Assembly (NCBI GenBank): GCA_964631045.1
Contig: CAZVWB010000021.1
Coordinates: 1-64,000 of the forward strand
DNA: 64,000 nt
Direction: 5' to 3'
Source: an uncultured Planctomycetales bacterium
GTDB lineage: Bacteria; Planctomycetota; Phycisphaerae; UBA1845; Fen-1342
Positions 40,709-50,437 of the stretch are shown piece after piece (position 1 is the first letter of the stretch; each line of letters begins with the position of its first letter). The position numbers were made by a program, and so were the translations under genes. The notes beneath the pieces are model-generated. The model was not told where the DNA came from. It saw nothing but the letters and a program-made list of their open reading frames with translations, and ran no database searches.

Positions 40709-41287
40709 CTATGGGTCGCCGTCGTTGCTCAGCACCTCGAAGTCGATCCGAAATCCGCCGGCGGCGTCGGGGTCCTGCACGAACGTGAAGATGAGCTGGT
40801 CGCCGCAGGTGTAATCCACGCCCAGCAGCACTTCGCGACCGGTGGCGGTGCCTTCGGTCGGCAGCGCGGCCAGGTCGGAATCCGCCGGGGCGGACGAGAA
40901 GTTGACGTTGATCGCGAGCGCGTCGGGGATGAAGTTCGCGATGTTGTCCGCGTCCGTGTCGAGCACCCGGTCGACGAACTCGCGCGTGCCGATGGCGGCG
41001 TTGCGGCGGCAGGGGGCGTTCTGCGGGCTGCTGCTGACCCCGCCTTCGAGCAATAGCTGCTGGAGCGACACCGGCCCGGGCGCGCGATCAAGCGAGTCGA
41101 ACGTGCCGAACGAAAACGCCGCGCGGAACGGCGTCGTATTGATGAAGACAAACGCGATGTTCCCGGAACGCTGCTCGATCTGATTGCGGAAGAGTTCGGT
41201 CGTGCAGCCGTTTGACACGCCCAGCAGCCAGACGAGCGCCAAGCTCGCCGCGGCGGCCGTCAGCGGACGAAAAAGTCGCAGAGTCAT
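40709..41287 (-). CDS. hypothetical secreted protein or lipoprotein
   Basis: Internal ATG at 41287 gives the signal-like N-terminus MTLRLFRPLTAAAASLALVWLLGVSNGC. The Arg-rich upstream extension is probably spurious. Confidence 0.5.
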   Translation of the reverse strand: MTLRLFRPLTAAAASLALVWLLGVSNGCTTELFRNQIEQRSGNIAFVFINTTPFRAAFSFGTFDSLDRAPGPVSLQQLLLEGGVSSSPQNAPCRRNAAIGTREFVDRVLDTDADNIANFIPDALAINVNFSSAPADSDLAALPTEGTATGREVLLGVDYTCGDQLIFTFVQDPDAAGGFRIDFEVLSNDGDP

Positions 41288-41520
41288 ACGCACGAACGCC
41301 TTACGCCGGTTCGCGACCCCGGCGGTCTCCTGAGCCCGATTGACCGGTTCGGGCGGCCGTCGCGCGACCGCCGCTTTGACCCTATCGGCACGGACGAGAC
41401 TATACCGGATGCGCCGCCGCGGCGGGGGAAAACCGCGCCGCGCCCGCGGGCGGCGGCACGGCCGCTTGCGTGCGGTCGCCCGCCGCCGCCGTGCGTGGGC
41501 GCGTGCGACCGGCCGCTGTG

Positions 41521-42327
41521 TCACCCGCCCTGATACTCGGCCCAGGTCTTTGGGGTTTCGTAGACGCGCACCGTGTGCAGCCGCGCCGGCCCCAGCGAGC
41601 CGCCGAGCATCTCCCAGACCACCCGCGCGATGTTCTCGACGCTCGGATTCACCTCGGCGAATTGCGCCGTGTCCGCGTTGAGGTGCTTGTGATCCAGCAC
41701 GTCGATGACCCGCCGCTTGACCGTCTCCTCGAAGCGCGGCAGCGGCAGAACCACCCCTTGCCGATCGTCAGGCTCGCCCGCGACGGTGACTTCGAGCACA
41801 TAGTTGTGCCCGTGGCCATTCGGGTTGTTGCATTTTCCGAACGTCCGCCGGTTCTCCTCGTCGCTTAGCGCGGCGCAGTGCAGGCGATGGGCGGCGGAGA
41901 ACTCAAACTGCTGGGTCAGCAGCACCATGGTCGGATCCTCGCAGCGCACCTCATATCGCAGCATCGGCGTCGGCAGCAGCGCCATCGCCAGCACGACGGA
42001 GCGTTCCGGAGCGGTCGGCGAAACCGTTTGCCAGATATCGATCAACAGGCGCTCCGCGGATAGCCGCCAGCCGCGCTCGCGCAGCAAATCCGCGGCCCGT
42101 GGAATCGCGCTGCGCCGCAGCAGCTCGTCGAGCGTCTTGATGTTGCACAGATATCCGGTGACGGCGTCGGGCCGGCCGCCGACGGTGACTTGCAGCCGCA
42201 GGTAGGGCACCAGGCCCATGGCGCTGGGCCAGCCGCCCCACGAATTCGTCACCGGGCGGTCGAACTCGACGTGACCGGCCCAGTCGCGGTCGACCGAGAA
42301 ACGCACTTCGCGCGACAAACGGATCAT
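41521..42327 (-). CDS. tandem-domain 6-pyruvoyl-tetrahydropterin synthase / QueD-like protein
   Basis: FSAAHRLHC ... CNNPNGHGHNY motifs in the C-terminal half. 268 aa is about twice the single-domain size. Confidence 0.72.
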   Translation of the reverse strand: MIRLSREVRFSVDRDWAGHVEFDRPVTNSWGGWPSAMGLVPYLRLQVTVGGRPDAVTGYLCNIKTLDELLRRSAIPRAADLLRERGWRLSAERLLIDIWQTVSPTAPERSVVLAMALLPTPMLRYEVRCEDPTMVLLTQQFEFSAAHRLHCAALSDEENRRTFGKCNNPNGHGHNYVLEVTVAGEPDDRQGVVLPLPRFEETVKRRVIDVLDHKHLNADTAQFAEVNPSVENIARVVWEMLGGSLGPARLHTVRVYETPKTWAEYQGG

Positions 42328-42625
42328 GTCCGCAGTGTACTCGCGGTGCGGCGCAGCGCGCGCACGGCGGACTCGACGGCCGGATGAGCGCCGCGTCGCG
42401 ACATTGCGCAGAAACGCTCAGCGGACTGCGAGGTTTTCGTGAGGCGTGCGTCGCCGGCGGCCGCAGCTTGGCACGGTAGATTCTGCGGCCGCCGCAGATC
42501 AAGTGTAAATACTTACCGCGAAGCCGGTTATGCGATTTTCGCGCCAGGGTCCGACATCGCGCGGCGCGGAACGCCGGATGCACCAATCGCCTACGACAGT
42601 TTCCAACTTCAACCCGGGTGCAAAA

Positions 42626-43204
42626 ATGGCCGTGGGATGTACCGAACTGGTGGAAGAGCTGGCGACGGCGGCGCCGAACACCGAGGTGACGCTCTATGCC
42701 TGCCGAAACGGGACGCTGCTCGACGCCGTGTATCTCTCGCCGCGGGCCGCGCGCGTCATGCCCAGCACGCGCGTCGCTTCGATCATCAAGACAGCGCACG
42801 TCGAAGATCGCACGCGCGTGCGTGCGGCGCTGCGCCGCGCTGCCGACGGGCTGCCGTTCCTGGTGACGTATCGCGTTCCCACCCGCAACGGCTGGCGCTG
42901 GCTGGAGCAATTCGGGGCGCCGGTTGAGACCAAGGAGGGGAAGATGGTGGTGGGCGTGCTCCGCGACGTCACGCGGCGCGGCGCGCGAACGCCGGAGGAT
43001 TGCGCCGCCCGCCTGGCGCGCCTGACGCCGCGCGAAGCCGAGGTGTTCGAGCTGCTGGCCCGCGGCATGCTCCTGAAGGAAATCGCCGGGGCGCTGGGCA
43101 TTTCGATCAAGACCGTTCAGGTGCATGCGTCGCGCGTCTACAGCAAGCTCGATGCGCGCTCGCCGATTCACCTGGCGGAGATTGCGGAGTTGCGTGGGCT
43201 ATAG
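42626..43204 (+). CDS. LuxR-family transcriptional regulator with an N-terminal sensor (PAS-like) domain
   Basis: C-terminal HTH LTPREAEVFELLARGMLLKEIAGALGISIKTVQVHASRVYSKL. Confidence 0.75.
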   Translation: MAVGCTELVEELATAAPNTEVTLYACRNGTLLDAVYLSPRAARVMPSTRVASIIKTAHVEDRTRVRAALRRAADGLPFLVTYRVPTRNGWRWLEQFGAPVETKEGKMVVGVLRDVTRRGARTPEDCAARLARLTPREAEVFELLARGMLLKEIAGALGISIKTVQVHASRVYSKLDARSPIHLAEIAELRGL

Positions 43205-43261
43205 CGCATCGCGCTCGGTGCCGCGCGGACTTTCGGGAGTTCCACGCAACCGGGAGCCGCC

Positions 43262-45148
43262 CTAGCGCGGCTGTGCGGTTGTTCCGCTGGCGCGCTCCGC
43301 GATCCAGGCGTCTATCCGCGTTTCCAGCACAGTCAGCGGGATGGTGCCGGCGCTGAGCACCGCCTCATGAAAATCGCGCAGATCAAACGCAGCGCCGAGT
43401 TGCTTCTCGGCCCGCTCGCGCAGCGCGCGGATCCGCAGCTCTCCGATCTTGTACGCCGTGGCCTGGCCGGGCCAGGCGATGTAGCGATCCACCTCGGCGT
43501 TGATGTTGAGTTCGCTGAGCGCTGTGTTATCCAGCATGAACTGCACGGCCTTCTCGCGCGACCAACCGAGCGCGTGCATGCCCGGATCGACCACCAGCCG
43601 GCACGCCCGCCACATCTCGTATAGCAGGCGGCCGAAGTCGTCATACGGGTCGTCGTACAGCCCCATCTCGATCCCGAGCCGCTCGCTGTAGAGCGCCCAG
43701 CCCTCGCCGAACGCGGTGAACCAGGCGTCGCGGCGAAACTCGGGCAGGTTGGGGACTTCCTGCGCCAGCGCGATCTGCAAGTGGTGTCCGGGCACCGCCT
43801 CGTGCATCGCCAGGGCGATCATCTCGTACTTCGGCCGCTGATCGAGCGCGTACGTGTTCGCGTAGAAGTAGCCGGCCTCGCCGCTGCGAATGTCGCCTCG
43901 GCTGTAATACGCCGTGGTCTGATTCGGCGCCATGAATCGCGGAATCTCCCGAACGCCGTAGGGAAGCCGCGGCAGCGTGCGGAAAACTTTGGGCAGCTCG
44001 GCATCCACGCGCTTGCAGATGTCGCGGTATGCGGCGAGCAGCTCCCTGGCGTCGTCGAAGTAGAAACGCCGGTCCGTGCGCAGGTACTGAATGAAGCGTT
44101 TGAAGAGCGCATCGTCGTCCAGCCCCGTCGCGTCGGGCTGCTTCTGCAGGAAGTCGCTACGGCGAATGACCGTCAGCATCTCCGCGCGAATCCGGGCGAC
44201 CTCGCGCAGCCCGGTCTCGTGGATTTCCTGCGCGGTCATGTCGGTCGTGGTGTGCCGCCGCAGCGCGAAGGCGTAGAACGCTTCGCCGTCCGGCAGATCG
44301 CGGGCCGCGATCGACTCGCGCGCGCTGGGGATGTAGTCCTCGGTGACGAACGCGGCGAACTCGGCCAGCGCCGACCGCACGGCCGGGAGCGTCACCGTTT
44401 CAAACCGCGTGCGCAGCGACTCCTGCTTTTCGGGGGGGATCGTGGCGGGCATGCGGGCCAGCGGCTCGGCCAGGCCCTCCAGCCCGTCTCCATCCAGCAA
44501 GGCGCGGAACTGCTCCGGGAGTCCCATGAGCGTCACGCGCGGCGGCGTGCGCTTCTCCTGTAATCCGAGTTGCAGCAGCGCGATGTGGTCGGTGATGTCT
44601 TTGGGGGTCGCTTCGAGCCGCCGCAGGTAGTTGACGTAGTCCTCTTCCGCTGCGAAACGAGAGCGCACGTGCATCTGCGGGATTTCCTGGTGCGGACCGG
44701 AGCGCGGGCCGACCGCGGCCAGGAACATGCGGTATTGATGGGATTCGATCTCGTTGTTCAGGTCGAGCGCGAAGAGATCGTAGTTGAGCTGGTCCTCCGG
44801 GCTGAGGGCCGAGCGGTCGATGTCGCTCAAGCGGCCGAGGTGGCGCTGAGTCTCGGCGTGCCGCCGCTCGATCGCAGCCAGACTGCTGTCGGTGATCTTG
44901 TCCGCGTTGCGGTAATCGCCGCGGAGGCGAGCGTCCTCGGCGAACTCGTTGAGTTGCCACTGATAGCGTTCTTCGAACAGGGCGTGCAGCATCGCCGTGG
45001 CCTCCGAAGTTGCGGCGGCGGGTTGTTTGTCGTCGAGCGGGGGTGGCGGGGCGGCGAGCGCGGGTCGCTGCGCGCCGGCGGTGAGCGTCAGAATTGCGGC
45101 CAGGCCTCCGGTTGCGATCATCAGGGGGCGTGTGATTGCGTTTTTCAT
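43262..45148 (-). CDS. DUF885 family secreted metallopeptidase-like protein
   Basis: Signal peptide MKNAITRPLMIATGGLAAILTLTAGAQ. Conserved C-terminal region with HEAVPGHH (HExxH-like), which is characteristic of DUF885. Confidence 0.78.
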   Translation of the reverse strand: MKNAITRPLMIATGGLAAILTLTAGAQRPALAAPPPPLDDKQPAAATSEATAMLHALFEERYQWQLNEFAEDARLRGDYRNADKITDSSLAAIERRHAETQRHLGRLSDIDRSALSPEDQLNYDLFALDLNNEIESHQYRMFLAAVGPRSGPHQEIPQMHVRSRFAAEEDYVNYLRRLEATPKDITDHIALLQLGLQEKRTPPRVTLMGLPEQFRALLDGDGLEGLAEPLARMPATIPPEKQESLRTRFETVTLPAVRSALAEFAAFVTEDYIPSARESIAARDLPDGEAFYAFALRRHTTTDMTAQEIHETGLREVARIRAEMLTVIRRSDFLQKQPDATGLDDDALFKRFIQYLRTDRRFYFDDARELLAAYRDICKRVDAELPKVFRTLPRLPYGVREIPRFMAPNQTTAYYSRGDIRSGEAGYFYANTYALDQRPKYEMIALAMHEAVPGHHLQIALAQEVPNLPEFRRDAWFTAFGEGWALYSERLGIEMGLYDDPYDDFGRLLYEMWRACRLVVDPGMHALGWSREKAVQFMLDNTALSELNINAEVDRYIAWPGQATAYKIGELRIRALRERAEKQLGAAFDLRDFHEAVLSAGTIPLTVLETRIDAWIAERASGTTAQPR

Positions 45149-45295
45149 GGGCGAGAGAGTACCGCGCGGTCGCGGCGCTGCCGAGCGGCGCATTGTCGGA
45201 GAGCACGGCTGTGGCGCCGGTCTACTGACCGGTGTTTGTCTTTCCGGGTCTTCGACCCGGCCGAGCTGCACCGATCTCTCTCAACGTGTCGAAAA

Positions 45296-45357
45296 CCCGT
45301 TGAAACAACCACCGGTTGGAAACCGGGGCCACACGACAGTCACCGGTCGGAAACGGG
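45296..45357. repeat. cluster of CCGGTT-N3-AACCGG-type palindromes
   Basis: cccgttgaaacaacc accggttggaaaccggggccac acgacagt caccggtcggaaacggg. Shares a 24-nt motif with 9228..9251. Lies in the divergent DUF885/deoC promoter region. Confidence 0.6.
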
Positions 45358-45403
45358 ATGACTGGCGCTGGCCGCTGTCAGGCCTTGCCGGTAGCCTGAC
45401 CGC

Positions 45404-46075
45404 ATGAACCGCGCCACGCTGGCCGCCATGATCGACCATACCGTTCTCAAGCCCGAGACCACTGCGGCGCAGGTGGATCGGCTCTGCGACGAGTGTCGCA
45501 CCTGGAGCTTTGCCGCCGCGTGCGTGCAGCCGCAATGGGTCAGCCGCGTGGCCGCGCGGCTGGCCGGGACGCGCACCCAGGTCTGCTCCGTGGTCGGCTT
45601 TCCGCATGGTGCGAACCGCAGCGAGGTGAAGGCGTTCGAAACCGAACAGGCCGTGCGCGACGGGGCGCAAGAGATCGACATGGTGGTCGCGCTCGGCCCG
45701 CTGCTCGACGGTGACCTGCAAGCCGTCGCCGCCGACATCCGCGCTGTCGTCGAAGCGGCTCGCCGCGTCCGGCCAGAGTCCGTCATCAAGGTGATCCTGG
45801 AAACCGCCGCGTTGACCCCCGAGCACATCCGCCGGGCCTGCGCCGCCGCGGCGGAGGGCCGCGCGGATTTCGTAAAAACCTCCACGGGCTTTCACCCCGC
45901 CGGCGGCGCGACGCCGGAAGCGGTGGCGCTGTTGCGCCAGCACGCCGGCGGGCTGCGCGTTAAAGCCTCCGGCGGCATACGCGACCTGGCGGCGGCGATG
46001 ACGATGATCGAGGCCGGCGCCGATCGTCTGGGCCTCTCGGCCAGCGTGGCGATCGTCTCCGCCCTGCCGAGTTGA
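45404..46075 (+). CDS. deoC: deoxyribose-phosphate aldolase
   Basis: IDHTVLKP... and KTSTGF (Schiff-base Lys context). 223 aa. Confidence 0.9.
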   Translation: MNRATLAAMIDHTVLKPETTAAQVDRLCDECRTWSFAAACVQPQWVSRVAARLAGTRTQVCSVVGFPHGANRSEVKAFETEQAVRDGAQEIDMVVALGPLLDGDLQAVAADIRAVVEAARRVRPESVIKVILETAALTPEHIRRACAAAAEGRADFVKTSTGFHPAGGATPEAVALLRQHAGGLRVKASGGIRDLAAAMTMIEAGADRLGLSASVAIVSALPS

Positions 46076-46104
46076 GCGGCTTCGCGCGAGTTTGGGATCT
46101 CTCG

Positions 46105-46857
46105 ATGGCCTCCGACACGAACCTCGGCGGCGAGCAATTCGCCTTTCCGGAGACGCACCTCTCCGCGATGCTGGTTCAACCCGACGCCAGCCCCGCCGCC
46201 CGGGCCGCGGCGGCGGAGCGACTCGCGGCGGCGTACTGGAAGCCGGTCTACAAGCACATCCGCCGCCGGTGGAACGCGAACAGCGAGGATGCCCGCGATC
46301 TGACGCAGGGTTTCTTCGTCGACGCGTTGGAGCGTGAGCTCTTCGCGCGCTATGACCCGCGCCGCGCGGCCTTCCGCACCTATGTGCGCACCTGCGTCGA
46401 CGGATTCGTGTCGAACCAGCGCACGGCCGGGCGGCGCGAGAAGCGCGGCGGCGGGCGGCTGCACTTCTCGCTGGATTTCGACGCGGCGGAGGCCGAATTG
46501 CGGTTGGCCGACGGGGGCGACGCGGACGCGGACGCGGCGTACGAGCAGGAGTGGGTGCGGCTGGTCTTCGCGCGGGCCGTGGACGCGCTCCGCGCCCGCT
46601 GCCGCGCCGACGGTCGCGAGCAACTCGCGCGCGTTTTCGAGCGCTACGATCTGCACGACGAGCAATCCGGACCGCGGCCGACATACGCAGCGATCGCCGC
46701 GGAAGCCGGCGTGCCCGCCACGACGATCACGAACGACCTCGCCGCGGCGCGGCGGCTGTTTCGCGCCTGCGTGCTCGCGAGCCTGCGCGACTTGACCGGC
46801 AGCGAAGAGGAGTATCACACCGAGGTGCGCCGCCTGCTGGGAGGCGCGCCGCCGTGA
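46105..46857 (+). CDS. ECF-type RNA polymerase sigma factor (sigma-70 regions 2 and 4)
   Basis: Region 2-like DLTQGFFVDALE and a C-terminal region 4 HTH. Directly coupled to a Ser/Thr kinase. Confidence 0.72.
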   Translation: MASDTNLGGEQFAFPETHLSAMLVQPDASPAARAAAAERLAAAYWKPVYKHIRRRWNANSEDARDLTQGFFVDALERELFARYDPRRAAFRTYVRTCVDGFVSNQRTAGRREKRGGGRLHFSLDFDAAEAELRLADGGDADADAAYEQEWVRLVFARAVDALRARCRADGREQLARVFERYDLHDEQSGPRPTYAAIAAEAGVPATTITNDLAAARRLFRACVLASLRDLTGSEEEYHTEVRRLLGGAPP

Positions 46858-47981
46858 CGTTCCTGTCCGATCGCCTCCTGGCGCACTTGCAGCAAGCGGC
46901 GGCGACCGACCCGATCGGGCATCCGCGATACGCGGTGCTGGAGCGCGTCGGCGCCGGCGGCATGGGCGACGTGTACCGCGCCCGCGACCGCGAGCTGGAT
47001 CGCGAAGTCGCCCTGAAGGTGATGCACGCGCACCTGCTGGATGCCGATGTCATTCGCCGCGTGGAGCAGGAAGCCCGAATCATCGCGCGGCTGGAGCACC
47101 CCGGAATCGTCCCGGTTCACGACGTGGGTCGTTTGCCCGATGGTCGCGTCTACTACGTCATGAAGCTGGTGCGCGGGCGGCGGCTCGACCAGCACATCAC
47201 GCCGCAGGCCCGCCTGGCGGACCGCCTGCGCATCTTCGAGCGCATCTGCGAGGCCGTGGCCTTCGCCCACGCGCGCGGCGTGATCCACCGGGATTTGAAG
47301 CCGCAAAACGTAATGATCGGAGAATTCGGCGAAGTGCTGGTGCTCGACTGGGGCATCGCGCGCCTGCTCGACGCCGCGCCCGCGGCCGCCGCGCCGCACG
47401 CCGCACCGGCCGACCCGCCGCCGCCGCGGACCGACGCGTTTGACGAGTGGGCGACGCGCACGCACGCGACGACGCCGGGCGCGGTGCTCGGCACGCCGGC
47501 GTTCATGCCGCCGGAGCAGGCGCGCGGCGAGCATGAGCGCGTCGGGCAGCGCAGCGACGTGTTCGCGCTGGGCGCGCTGCTCTATTTCCTTCTGACCGGC
47601 GAGGCCCCGGTGACGCACACGCTGTTCGCGGCCCAGCGGCAGGGGCTGTCCGGTCGCGACGATCCGGACGCCGCCGGAGACGCAGCGCCGCGCGGCGCGG
47701 CGGACGGCGCGATTCGCTCTCCGCGGCAACGGGACCGCTCGATCCCCCGGCCGCTGGCGGCGATCTGCATGCGGGCGCTCGCGCTCGACCCTCTGGCACG
47801 CTATGACAGCGCGGCCGGGCTGGCGGCGGACGTGGCGCGTTTTCGCGACGGCGCGCCGGTCAGCGCCTATCGCGAGAACCCGCTGGAACGCCTGGTGCGC
47901 TTCGGCGTCAAATACCGCACAGCCCTGCTGCTGGTCGCGGCGTACCTGGCGATGCGCGCGGCGCTCACATTTCTGACGTGA
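46854..47981 (+). CDS. serine/threonine protein kinase with a C-terminal TM helix
   Basis: Hanks-type motifs GAGGMGDVY, VALKV, HRDLKPQNV, DWGIA, GTPAFMPPE. The GTG start overlaps the sigma-factor stop (GTGA). Confidence 0.85.
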   Translation: MTFLSDRLLAHLQQAAATDPIGHPRYAVLERVGAGGMGDVYRARDRELDREVALKVMHAHLLDADVIRRVEQEARIIARLEHPGIVPVHDVGRLPDGRVYYVMKLVRGRRLDQHITPQARLADRLRIFERICEAVAFAHARGVIHRDLKPQNVMIGEFGEVLVLDWGIARLLDAAPAAAAPHAAPADPPPPRTDAFDEWATRTHATTPGAVLGTPAFMPPEQARGEHERVGQRSDVFALGALLYFLLTGEAPVTHTLFAAQRQGLSGRDDPDAAGDAAPRGAADGAIRSPRQRDRSIPRPLAAICMRALALDPLARYDSAAGLAADVARFRDGAPVSAYRENPLERLVRFGVKYRTALLLVAAYLAMRAALTFLT

Positions 47982-48056
47982 GTTGAAAATCACGCCGGCG
48001 CCGCGCTGAATGGGAAGGCGGGTTGCGGCGCATGCCGCCGATGAATGGAGCTGACA

Positions 48057-48419
48057 ATGAACAAACCCCTGCTCGGATTGCTGCTCGGCGCTCTTCTGGG
48101 ACTCTTTGACGGCGTTTCGGCCCCATGGGGGCTGGACGATCCCGAGGTGAAAGCCGGCTACCTCGGCATCATCATGGGCTCGATGTTCAAGGGACTGCTC
48201 GCCGGCGTGCTGATCGGCGTCGTCGCCCGCCGCACGAATTCAACGCCCATCACGCTGGTGTTCGGCGTCCTGCTGAGCGCGGCGCTGGCGTTTCTCGTCG
48301 CGTTTCTGCAGGGCAAGTACTACTTGCGCATCACGCTGCCCGGTGCGGTGCTCGGCGCGATCATCGGCTACGCCGTGCAGCGCTACGGACGCAGCCCGGC
48401 GCGCGCCGCGACCGCGTGA
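48057..48419 (+). CDS. small hydrophobic membrane protein, unknown
   Basis: About 120 aa with 3-4 Gly/Leu-rich TM segments. Confidence 0.5.
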   Translation: MNKPLLGLLLGALLGLFDGVSAPWGLDDPEVKAGYLGIIMGSMFKGLLAGVLIGVVARRTNSTPITLVFGVLLSAALAFLVAFLQGKYYLRITLPGAVLGAIIGYAVQRYGRSPARAATA

Positions 48420-48748
48420 CGCGCCGCGCGCATTCGACCGCTGCCGTTTCTGCGCCGCACGCAGGCCGCCGCGCCCGTTCGATTCATCACCTCAGTTTGT
48501 AATCGCCGCCGCGCGAACCCTGTGCTACGTTTCCCTCAGCGTGCGTGTGCCGACGGCGTCACCATCGGCCGCACACGCTGTGGAGCGTCGCTTGCGGTTG
48601 CATTCGGCGGCGTGTTGGATTGTGGTGGTTGCGGTCGCGGCCGTTGGGGAGGCGGCCGCGGCCCAGCCGCCGGCGCGGCCCGCAGCGCTGCGGATCGCAC
48701 CCGGCGATCGACCGAGATCGACCCGTGCCGCGCCGCGGCGGGAGCGCA

Positions 48749-49240
48749 TCATCCGCTTGCGGCGAGCTCGACCGGCATGCCCGTGATCTTGCCTTCGAAG
48801 ACCATTGTGTCGCCCACAAAACCCTGGGTCTGCGCGACGAATCGCCGCGGCCGGCACTGAAGCGACTTCCCGAGGATCAGCAGCCGGCACGGCGGCTCGA
48901 CCATGCCGCGATACTTGACTTCATCGACGCCCGCGAAAGCCAGAAACTGACCGGAGTGGCTGAGGCGATGATACGCGTAGCTGGAGAGCTGCGCCGCCAC
49001 CTCGATCATCAGAACGCCGGGAAAGAGCGGCCGTTGCGGAACGTGGCCGCGAGCCCACCAGGCGTCGCTGCGGATGTCGTGGTAGCCGGCGAACGCGCCC
49101 GACGCCTCGTCGAAGTAGATAATCGCGTCGAGCAGTTGGAACTCGAACCGCTGGCGGTTGACCTGCTCGATGGCCTGACGATCGGCGACAATGGTGGTTT
49201 CGCGGAGCTGCGCGAGATCCAGCAGGGTGGGCGGCGGCAT
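48749..49240 (-). CDS. FabZ/FabA-like 3-hydroxyacyl-ACP dehydratase (hotdog fold)
   Basis: HVPQRPLFPGVLMIEVAAQ matches the FabZ active-site motif H..FPG.PV.PGVL.IE. Start at 49240. Confidence 0.72.
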   Translation of the reverse strand: MPPPTLLDLAQLRETTIVADRQAIEQVNRQRFEFQLLDAIIYFDEASGAFAGYHDIRSDAWWARGHVPQRPLFPGVLMIEVAAQLSSYAYHRLSHSGQFLAFAGVDEVKYRGMVEPPCRLLILGKSLQCRPRRFVAQTQGFVGDTMVFEGKITGMPVELAASG

Positions 49241-49296
49241 CGCACCTCGATCGCGGCTGTCGCGCCGCACGGGCGCGTCACGACGTGGGGGAGTCG

Positions 49297-49494
49297 TTAC
49301 TCGGCAGGCTTGGCGGGCTGTTCGTCGGCCTCGCGCAGATCCAGCACGCGCTTTCGCACGTCGCCGGCCGCGTTCTTGATGGCTTGCATGGCCTTGCGGA
49401 CGCGCGTTCCGGCCGCCTTGTTGCCGCCGGAGGCCTTGTACACGTCCTCGGCGACCTCATCCACCAGCTTTTTCAGCTTCTCGTACTCTTCCAT
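49297..49494 (-). CDS. histone H1-like DNA-binding protein, Hc1 family
   Basis: 65-aa protein MEEYEKLKKLVDEVAEDVYKASGGNKAAGTRVRKAMQAIKNAAGDVRKRV. The GNKAA..RVR core is like the chlamydial Hc1 N-domain. Confidence 0.68.
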   Translation of the reverse strand: MEEYEKLKKLVDEVAEDVYKASGGNKAAGTRVRKAMQAIKNAAGDVRKRVLDLREADEQPAKPAE

Positions 49495-49730
49495 CGTCGA
49501 GCGCCTCCACAGCGTTGGTGCGCGTGCCGAGTACCGTCTGACCGTCTACTCGCCCACGATCCAGCGGCGATCGGTCGCAGCGTGCGACGATTCTGGCTTA
49601 ACAATCCCAGCAATCGAGCCGGGTTTTAACATTCTCGGAACCGGTTTGCAAGCTGGGGGGCCGTCCGATTCGACCCCGCGGCGATTTCGGACAAGGAGTG
49701 GGTGAAATGGCGGGAGCGACGCGCGTTTCC

Positions 49731-50255
49731 TCAGGAAGCGGCTGCGGTGGCCGCCTCGGACCGCGGGAGTACCGCATCGGCAGCGCGATTGGGGCGCCTG
49801 CGCCCGAGAACGCGGCTGCCAATCGTCTCGATCACCAGCGCGGCAAGCATGCCGCCGTTAAGGAAGATCCCGGGAACTCCGCTGCTGATCCGCGCGAGCA
49901 GATTGTCCTTCCCAAAGCAGCCGCAGTCGATCTTCAGCCCCCGCATTTCCGCGGAGACTTTGAGAATCGTGAAGCCGATCAGCATCGCAAAGAGCAGCAC
50001 GCGACTTTCGACCCGCCACGGGCCCAGCAGTAGCAGCGCAGCGACGGCGATCTCCAACCACGGGACGGTATTGGCGATGACGTGGCTCAGGGCGTCGGGC
50101 ACGGCCTGGTACTGGCGGATCTCCTTGGCGAAGGCGTTCAGGTCATTGAGCTTGATGACCGCCGCCGTGATGAACAGGCCGGCCAGCGCGAGCCGCAGCA
50201 GCACTGTGATGAACAGCCACGCCGCCCGCGTCCGGTCGATTGGAATGTCAGCCAT
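49731..50255 (-). CDS. MauE/DoxX family membrane protein
   Basis: 4-TM protein with the CGCFG motif typical of MauE/DoxX. Confidence 0.68.
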   Translation of the reverse strand: MADIPIDRTRAAWLFITVLLRLALAGLFITAAVIKLNDLNAFAKEIRQYQAVPDALSHVIANTVPWLEIAVAALLLLGPWRVESRVLLFAMLIGFTILKVSAEMRGLKIDCGCFGKDNLLARISSGVPGIFLNGGMLAALVIETIGSRVLGRRRPNRAADAVLPRSEAATAAAS

Positions 50256-50308
50256 GACAAAAGTCCTGCCGAGCTATTGTGCGTGCGGTTCGAGCGCCGA
50301 CCACGCCC

Positions 50309-50380
50309 GAGCGGGCGGAATGCCCGCCCGATCAGCCAAAGTGCCAAACTCCAGGGGCGGGCAGAATGCCCGCCCCACCC
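50309..50380. repeat. REP-like palindromic element (two units)
   Basis: gagcgggcggaatgcccgcccg ... ggggcgggcagaatgcccgccccaccc, between the DUF1573 and MauE genes. Confidence 0.75.
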
Positions 50381-50437
50381 ACAAAACTCACAAGCTCTCC
50401 GATTCGTTCCTCGTCCGCGGGAGGCGTCAGCGCCGCC

